A stretch of DNA of 32,000 nucleotides from Planctopirus limnophila DSM 3776 (GTDB lineage: Bacteria; Planctomycetota; Planctomycetia; Planctomycetales; Planctomycetaceae): contig NC_014148.1 of the NCBI RefSeq assembly GCF_000092105.1, forward strand, positions 720,001-752,000, in the 5' to 3' direction. The translations under genes were made by a program, and so were the position numbers. The notes beneath the pieces were generated by a model. The model had not been told where the DNA came from. It worked only from the letters and a program-made list of their open reading frames with translations, and did no database searches. Below, piece by piece: positions 12,401 through 21,400 of the stretch; positions within the stretch are counted from its first letter, which is position 1; every line of letters starts with the position of its first letter.

Positions 12401-15400
12401 GTCGTTGACGACGACCGCCGGTGGCAATCTCTCGCTGGGAACGGCCACGACGGACGGGAATCTGCTGGTGACGAGTGCGGGTGCATTCACGCAGACAGGA
12501 AACACGACGGTCGGCGGCCTGCTCGATGTGGATGCCGTGAATGCGATCGATATTCAGGGAACGCAGGGGATTACGGGCACGACCTCGATCACATCGTCAG
12601 GTTCCACCGTTCGTCTGCGACAGGCGTTGACATCGGGTGGAGCGGTGACACTGGCGGGAACTGGCGGCATCACACTGGATGCGACGGGGGATGTGACATC
12701 GACGGCTGGCGGTATCACGATCATTGGCGATCTGACCACAGCGGCAAATCTCGTCACTGACGATCAGCCGATCGAGGTGCAGGGGAATGTGCTGCTGACG
12801 GGCAGTGTGCTGTTCGACAGCGACAGCACGAACACCGGCACCGGGGCCGATGTGACGGTCACCGGCGATATCGACCTGGCGACGTTCACACTGACAATCG
12901 ACGCGGGGCCGGACGGTGATTTCTCGGTGGGGGATGTGACGGGGACGACGGGCGATCTGGTGATTGAAGAGGCTCATAGCCTGTCGTTTGGTTCGCTGAC
13001 GGCCGACACGATCAACATCGGGCCGATCACAGGTGATGTCACGATTGGTGCGGGAGGCTTGACAGCGAACAGTGCCAGCTTCGATCTGGACGGCAACTTC
13101 ACGAATAGCGGTGCGACGAATGTCACCAATCACCTGCTGGTGCAGGCGGGAGGCTCGATCGAGTTCGTGGGTGATGTGGAAGCGGGTTCGTTGGAACTGG
13201 ATGCGGGGACGACGATCGACCTGGGGAACGTGGTTGTCGATACCACGACGGTTCTCACGAGTGTGGGGACATTGACCGTCGGCGGCGACTTCGACACAGG
13301 GACGACCTCAGATATCTCCAGCGGCGATGTGACGTTCGTCGGCACCTACCGCTCGGGTGGGCGGACGGAGATCGCTTCGACCGGGAATGTGCTGTTCCAG
13401 TCGACGCTGGATGTCGACGCGGATGGACTGGAGATCATCGCTGACGGGACGACGACGTTCGATCAGGCCGTCACAGTCGTTGGCAACGCGGTCATTGGCG
13501 ACACGAACAGTGGCACGGTGCAGGCGGTGGGCTTGGTGGATGTGGCAGGCGATCTGACGATCATGACGGCGGGTGACATCGATCTGGATGACACGGTCGA
13601 TGTGGGTGGGAACCTCCTGTTTGATGCGGGGCAAAACGTCAATGTGGCGGGTGCTACTGATGTCGTGGGTAATGCGACGGTCACAGCGGACGACGATATC
13701 GACTTCGGCAGCACGCTTGATGTGGGTGGGGTATTGAGCCTGACGGCGGGAACGGCCAACACGGACGACATCCGGCTGGCAGGGAATGTGGGTGCCACGC
13801 GGACGCCGACTTCGATCACGCTGGATGCAGGTGGGTTGATCCAGGCATTGGGGACGGTGACCACGAGTGGGCTGTTGGAAGCCGATGCGGGGACTTCGAT
13901 TGAGGTGCAGGGGCTCTTGACGGCCAATGCGCTCGATCTCGATGCCGTTACCGACATCACGCTGGACGATGTGAGTGTGATGACGAACAGTCTGCTGCGG
14001 GCGGGCGATGCGATTCTGGTGAACGGGACGTTCAATACGGGTTCGCTGGATGCGGTGGCTGCTGGGACAACGACGTTTAATGAAGCCGTCACGGTGACGA
14101 CGGGGAATGGGGTCATCGGCGACGCGACGAGCGGAACGGTGCAGGCCTTGGCAGCGCTGGATGTCAGCGGCGATCTGACGATCACGACGGCGGCTGATAT
14201 TGATCTGGATGGGACGGTCGATGTCGGTGGGAACCTGCTGTTTGATGCGGGGCAGAACGTCAATGTGGAGGGTGCCACGGATGTGGTGGGAAGTGCAACG
14301 GTCACGGCGGACGACGATATTGACTTCGGCAGCACGCTCGATGTGGGCGGGGCGCTGAGTCTCACAGCGGGTGTGGCCAACACGGACGACATCCGGCTGG
14401 CAGGGAATGTGGGTGCCACGCGGACGCCGACTTCGATTACGCTGGATGCAGGTGGGTTGATCGACGCTTCGGGGACGGTGGCGGCGGGGGGAATTCTGAC
14501 GGCCGATGCCGGGACTTCGCTGAACTTCGATCAGGCGGTCACGACGACGGGTGCGGGGAGCGACATCCTTCTGACCAGTGGCACAACGATGCGGCTGGCG
14601 GGAGCGGTGAATAGCAGTGGCGAAGTCGAACTGGACAACGGTGGGCTGCTCTCCATCCTCGATCCCGCCGGAATTACAGCAGCAGGCCGAGTGGTGCAGA
14701 TCGGGACGGGGGATGTGAGTCTGCATGGGGACATCACTTCGACCAGCGGTGAGGTCAACTTTGCTGAAGATGTGGTGCTGACGAGCGATGTGGTCGTAAC
14801 CTCGGGGAGCACGATCACCTTCCAGAAGACCATCAACGGCACAACAGCCGGTGCGGAAGACCTGACACTCGACGCGGTGGGTGATGTGACCTTGGGCGGG
14901 GCTGTCGGCAACACGACCCGACTGGGCGCGCTCGTCATCGAAGCGGCTGCCGTCTCCACCCAGGCACTGACGGTCGCCTCGCTCGACGGTACTTCGCAGA
15001 CGGGGAACTGGACAACCACGGGGAACATCGACGCGACGGGGGCCGTGCTGCTGGAGGTGGCAGGGAACCTCGACATCAATGGCAACCTGGAGGCAGACAG
15101 CCTCGATGCAGTAGCCGACGGGACTTCGCTGTTCGCGGGGACAGTCGATGTCACGAATAACGCGGTGATCGGGGCGGCGACTTCCGGGGCGGTGACGATC
15201 AACGATCTCGTCACAGTCGGGGGCGATCTGACAGTCCGCTCAGCTGACGACATCACAATTGGAGATGGACTGCTCACCGATGGAATGGATGTCACCGGGG
15301 CTGTGGTTATGAATAGTGTCAGTGGTGATGTCACGGTGCGGGGCACCACCGAGGCGGGTTCGCTGAATACGAACGCGGGGAATGACATCCTCTTCGACGG

Positions 15401-18400
15401 GTCGGTCACGACGGTCGGCGGGATGGTGCTCACCGCCGGTCAGGATATCGACGTGACGGGGGCAGTCGATGCCGGGGCGACCTTCAGCGCGACGGCGACC
15501 GCTGGTGCGATCTCGCTGGATAGCACGTTGACCACGGGGGCTGCCGCCGATTTGACGAGCGGGACGACGACGACAGTGCTGGGTGTGGCATCGATCGATG
15601 GCAATCTGGATGTGCTGGCGGGGGACACGATCCGTTTTGCCCAGACTCTGGATGCCACGGGTGCGGTGACACTGGAAACAGGGGCAAGCGCCACCGACGA
15701 GATCCTGCTGGAGGGTGCGGTTGGCGGCGTGGCCAGCCCGACTTCGATCACACTGACATCCGGCGGCAAGGTGCTGGCTTCGAGCCGCGTGACAACGAGC
15801 GGCACGCTGGAAGCCGATGCTGGAACTTCGATCGAGGTGCAGGGACTGCTCACGGCCAATGCGCTCGATCTGGATGCCGGGACGGACATCACGCTGGACG
15901 ATGTGCTGGTGACGACGAGCAGTCTGCTGCGGGCGGGCGGCAACATCGAAGTGAACGGGACGTTCGACACCGGTTCCTTGGATGCGATCGCGGGGGGGAC
16001 GACGACGTTCAATGACAGTGTCACGGTGACGGCGGGGAACGCGGTCATCGGCGATACGAACAGCGGGACGGTGCAGGCACTCGACTCGCTGGATGTGGCA
16101 GGCGACCTGACGATCACGACGGCGGGTGACATTGACCTGGACGGCACGGTCGATGTTGGTGGGAACCTGCTGTTCGACGCGGGGCTGAGCGTCAATGTGG
16201 CCGGGGCCACCGATGTGGTCGGTGCTGCGACCGTCACGGCGGACGACGACATCGACTTCGGCAGCACGCTTGATGTGGGTGGCGCACTGAGCCTCACAGC
16301 GGGAATGGCCAATACGGATGACATTCGATTGGCGGGGAATGTGGGTTCCACTCGGACACCAACTTCGATCACGCTGAATGCGGGGGGATTGATCCAGGCG
16401 TTGGGTTCGATCACGACCAGCGGGCTGTTGGAGGCTGATGCCGGGACTTCGATAGAAGTTGTGGGGGATCTGGACGCGGGTTCTCTGGAACTCGACGCCG
16501 GGACGACGATCGATCTGGGGAACGTGACAGTCGATACCACAACAGTCCTCACATCGGTAGGAACGCTGACTGTCGGTGGCGACTTCGACACGGGGACGAC
16601 TTCGACCATCTCCAGCGGCGATGCGACGTTCACGGGGACCTACCGTTCGGGCGGACGGACGGAGATCGCTTCGACGGGGAATGTCTTGTTCCAGTCGACG
16701 CTGGATGTCGACGCGGATGGACTGGAGATCATCGCTGACGGGACGACAACGTTTAGTCAGACGGTCACGGTCGTCGGCAACGCGGTCATCGGGGATACGA
16801 ACAGCGGAACGGTGCAGGCGTTGGCAGCGCTGGATGTGGCAGGCGATCTGACAATCACGACGGCGGCTGACATTGATCTGGATGGCACGGTTGATGTCGG
16901 TGGAAACCTGCTGTTTGATGCGGGGCAGAATGTCAATGTGGCGGGTGCTACTGATGTCGTTGGTAATGCGACAGTGACGGCGGACGACGATATTGACTTC
17001 GGCAGCACGCTCGATGTGGGCGGGGCACTGAGCCTGACGGCGGGAACGGCCAATACGGACGACATCCGGCTGGCGGGGAATGTGGGTGCCACAAGGACGC
17101 CGACTTCGATCACGTTGGATGCCGGTGGTTTGATCCAGGCGTTGGGGACGGTAACGACCAGCGGCACTTTGGAAGCCGACGCGGGAACTTCGATTGAGGT
17201 GCAGGGGCCACTGACGGCTGACTCGCTGGATCTCGATGCCGTGACGGATATCACGCTGGATGATGTGGATGTCACCAATGCGAGCGTGATCGCGGCGGTG
17301 GGCGATCTGCTGGTGAATGGAACTTACGATGTCGGGACGACCAGCACGATCACGGCCAACGATGCGACATTCGTCGGTGCCTATGAAACAGGTGGTCGGT
17401 CGGAATTGGATCTGACGGGCGACTTCGAGGCCCAGTCGACGTTCACAGTGGTCAGCGGCGGGTTGGAGCTGCTGGCCAACGGAACGACGACATTCGTGGG
17501 CGTGGTGGAGATCACAGGTGCGGCGGTCATCGGCGAACTGACCAGCGGGACGATTAACGCGCAAGAGACCTTCACGGTCACCGGCGGCGATCTGACGCTC
17601 CAGAGTGCCGACGACATCGACTTCGACCGGGCGCTGGATGTCTCGGGTGCGATTGTCGCCACTGCCGGGAACGACTTCCTGGCCCAGGAGACAATTGACG
17701 CCGCTTCGCTGACAATCGATGCCTCGCGGGATGTCCTGATTGATGGAGCGGTGGCGACCAGCGGACTGGTGGATGTCACCGCCGGTCGCGATGCGGTCTT
17801 CGGCGATACGCTCGATGCGGGGACGACACTCACGGTGAAGGCGACGACGGGCGATGTGAGGTTTGTGGGGGCTGTCACCGCGGGTAGTGTCGTGGTGGTG
17901 ACGGCGACTGTCGGCGAGATTCGAGTTGATGATCTGCTGACGGTCACCGACGGCTTCGTGCTGCTCGAAGGCTCAAGTGTTCTGCTCGATAACGATACCG
18001 TGGTTCAACTCAACGGTGCAGGACGCGGCCTGACCATTTTGGGGACGCTCACAACGGGTGCCGATCTACTCACGAATGGCGGAGACATCCTTACGGGCGG
18101 TGGCGGCATGACCTTGACCGATTCCATCACGATTGAGACTGCCGGAGGGAATCTCGAATTCAACAGCACTATCAATGGGCAAGTCGCCAGCACATTCGAC
18201 CTGACGATTGATACGGATGACGGCCGCGTGGATTTCAACAATTCCGTGGGCGACATTAACCCTCTCAGGAATCTGGTCATCAGTGAGGCTGGAGATGTGT
18301 TGCTGACCGATGTTCAAGCCGATTTGCTGAGTATTGCGGACAGCTCAGGCACAGTCACTTTTGTTGGTGATGTGATCACAACCGCAGCCAATGGACTGGA

Positions 18401-21400
18401 TGTGACGGCCGAGGCGATCGTCATGCTGGCGGGGAGTTCGCTGAACTCGACCGGGCAGGATGTCGTACTGACGGCGAACGATATCGACCTGAACGGCGAT
18501 GGCATCACAGCCACCGGGGTCACTGTGTTCCTCCAGACTCGTGACGACGCGACGGCCATCGGGCTGGAGAACTCCTCCACGGCGATGAACTTCACCGATG
18601 CCCAGCTCGACAAGATTCTTTCAAATAGCCTCGTTATCGGGACGGCGACCAACACGGGCGGAATCACCGTCGGCACCGATGCTCCGCTGACGATGAATCA
18701 ACCCGAGGTGCAACTGCTGACGGCTGGTGATGTGACAGTGAACGGCTCGCTGACGGTTCTGGGGACGGGGACACTCGCGGTCGATGCGGGTGACGATGTG
18801 GCGGTCTTCGGGACGCTGGCCACCACGAACGGTGCGCTGGTCGTGAACGCGGACGACAACATCACGATGGGGGCTGCGGGACGTGTGACGAGCACGGGTG
18901 GAACGATCACTCTCGCCGCCGATGCTGATCTGAATGGAGCCGGCTCGTTCACCATGACGAACGGCGCCATTGTCGAATCGCAAACGCAGTTGGTGACGAT
19001 CACGGCGGCGGGTAATGTGACTGTCGGTCAGGTGATCTCCGGTCGAACGGGTGGGCTGGCAATCGATGTTGTGTCGCGAAACGGCGCGATCATCGATGGT
19101 GGCGACACGGGGGGCTCGGATCTGATCGCCAACGGTGCGGGGGCGATCACGCGGCTCGATGCGGCCACGGGGATCGGCAGTGCGACGGGTCTGGCAAGCG
19201 ATGCCGCCCTGGAAACCACGGTTTTTGAGCTTCAGGCGACCAACCGCACGAGCGGCGACATCCGCATCGACGAGACCGATGCCTTGCGGCTGCAGGATAT
19301 CGACAACCAGGGGCCGGGGGCCATCGCCGTTCAATCGGTTGGGACGATGACGCTGCTGACGGGCTTTGATGTGACTGCCGCCAGCGGTCTCGTTTCGCTG
19401 TTGGCGACAGGTGCGGCGGCCGATCTGCTGCTCAACGGCTCGGTCACGACGACGACGAGTTCGATCACGCTGGGAGCGGGTCGGAATGTGCAGTTCAGTG
19501 GTGTGACGACCATCCAGACGAACGGCAACATCGGGATCACGGCGACGAACGGCACAGTGCGGATGCTCAACGGCTCGGTGGTGAATGCGGGAGCCGGGAC
19601 GATCGCCGTGACGGCTAATGGAGATGTCAGTATTTCGCGACTGGTGACAACAAACGCGACGACGAGTGCCGTACAGATCACCTCGCAAACCGGTGGCATT
19701 CGTGATAGCGGCGAAAGTGGTGGGGCTGATATTCAGGCCGACAGTGCAGGGGCCTTGGTCACCTTGAGGGCCGCGACAGGGATCGGCAGCGTTTCCGATG
19801 GCGGTGCCGATGCACCACTGGAACTGCAAGTTGCTCGACTGGATGCGATCAACAGCACCAATGGCGATATTCGGTTCAGCGAAGCGACGGGGCTGAACAT
19901 TGAACGCCTGACTCAACAGGGAGCGGGTCAGATCGAGGGTGTGGTGAACGGGGCCACGATCATCACCGCGGCGGGTCAGGGGATCAGCAGCCAGACGGGG
20001 GACATCTCGCTCACGGTGAATGGTGCCGACGCGGATTTGACGGTGCTGAACAACGTCTCCACGACCGGCGGCGACATCACCCTGAACGTGCGGGGGGATG
20101 TCACTGCAGCGGCAAATGTGACGATCGCTTCGCAGGGCGGGAACATCGTCATCGCGGCGGACAGCGATCTCAACAACGTGGGTGGAATTGCCTTGGCGGA
20201 TGGCTCGTTGATCGATGCTGGTGCGGGGACGATCGTGCTCTCCGCCGCCGAGAACATCGCGGTGAGCCGGCTCGTCTCGACGAATGCCGGGGGGGCGGCG
20301 GTGTCGCTCACTTCGCGGCTGGGGGCGATCACCGATGCGGGGGACACGGGCGGCGTGGATATCGACGCACCGACAGTGGTGCTGCGGGCCGCAACAGGTA
20401 TTGGTTCCGGCAACGCCCTGGAGACGAACATCGCCACGCTCGCTGCACGGAACACGACCAGCGGTGGCATTCAGATCGACAACACTGCTGGGGCTGGGCT
20501 GAATGTCGCAACAGTGGATGGACTGACGGGAATCACGAACGCGGGGGCCAACGGGCTGGTGTCGCTGGTAACGTCAGGGGATGTCTTCATCAACGGGGCG
20601 GTGCTCAATACGGCGGGGGGGACGATCGAGATCACTTCGCTGACCGGGGATATCACTCTCAACCAGCGGTTGGCAGCCAAGGGAGGGAATGGTTCGATCT
20701 CTCTGGATGCGGATGAGGATATCAATCTCAACGACACGGGTTCGCAGCCAGATGTGGAAGTTCAGGGAGCGGGGAGCGTGGTGGGTGTCGCCGGTGGTCT
20801 GGTGAACTTCGCACCAAATGTGCAGGTGGCCAGCCAGACGGGGGCGGTGACCGATGTGCCGCCGCTCTTGATCAATGTGCAGACACCACAGGTGCAGGCG
20901 GATGGTTCGGCACAGGTCTCGGGGACTTTTGGCCGTCCGGGCGAGAAGAATTTCATCATCACAGTCGACTGGGGCGACGGGACTGTCGAGACGTTCTATT
21001 TTGATCAGCCGGGGAACTTCCTGTTCAAGCATACTTACAACGGCAATCCGGATCCGAACAACCCGGCTTCACCAATCCCGATTACAGTGACGATCGAGCA
21101 GGATCCGCTCATCCGCTTCTTTGAAGCCCGCGTGGTGGAACAGAACACGACGACGGTTACGAGTTTCGCGAGCGTGCCGGGCGAAGGATTGGCGGGAAGC
21201 ATTCCGTTCGATCTGACGCCACCGGTGCGGCCCGTACCGGAACCAGCGCAAACAAGGCTTGATGAAGCGCTCTTATCGCAGAGTGTCGGATTGAGTCTGA
21301 GTGATGTCCTGCAGGATGAAAGTACTGCCGGCGAAGCTGTTGGTGACGATGAGATCCAGGTTGTGATCCAGGTGCTTGGTGCCGATGGAGAGGTTCTCCA

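Noticed and set aside
3929-13249. The 1,056-bp repeat pair considered as IS element ends, as a DGR template/variable repeat pair, or as CRISPR-like repeats.
   Set aside because: Both copies are in frame inside one ORF and encode ordinary rungs. There are no inverted repeats, transposase or reverse transcriptase in the window. The single difference is T/C rather than the adenine-specific pattern of DGRs. The repeat length and spacing are incompatible with CRISPR.
3200-20737. Many long minus-strand ORFs lie inside the giant gene. Examples are 15240-17564 (774 aa), 13308-14726 (472 aa), 18621-19916 (431 aa), 5123-6325 (400 aa), 15440-16633 (397 aa) and 7044-8123 (359 aa). There are also short + strand alternate-frame ORFs.
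   Set aside because: These are shadow ORFs. The sense frame is dominated by ACN/GGN/GAY/GTN/ATC/CTG codons, whose reverse complements contain no stop codons, so antisense frames stay open by composition alone. Their translations are R/H/D/Q/P-rich low-complexity strings with no domain features. The synonymous-dominated divergence between repeats holds only in the + frame of 435-22151.
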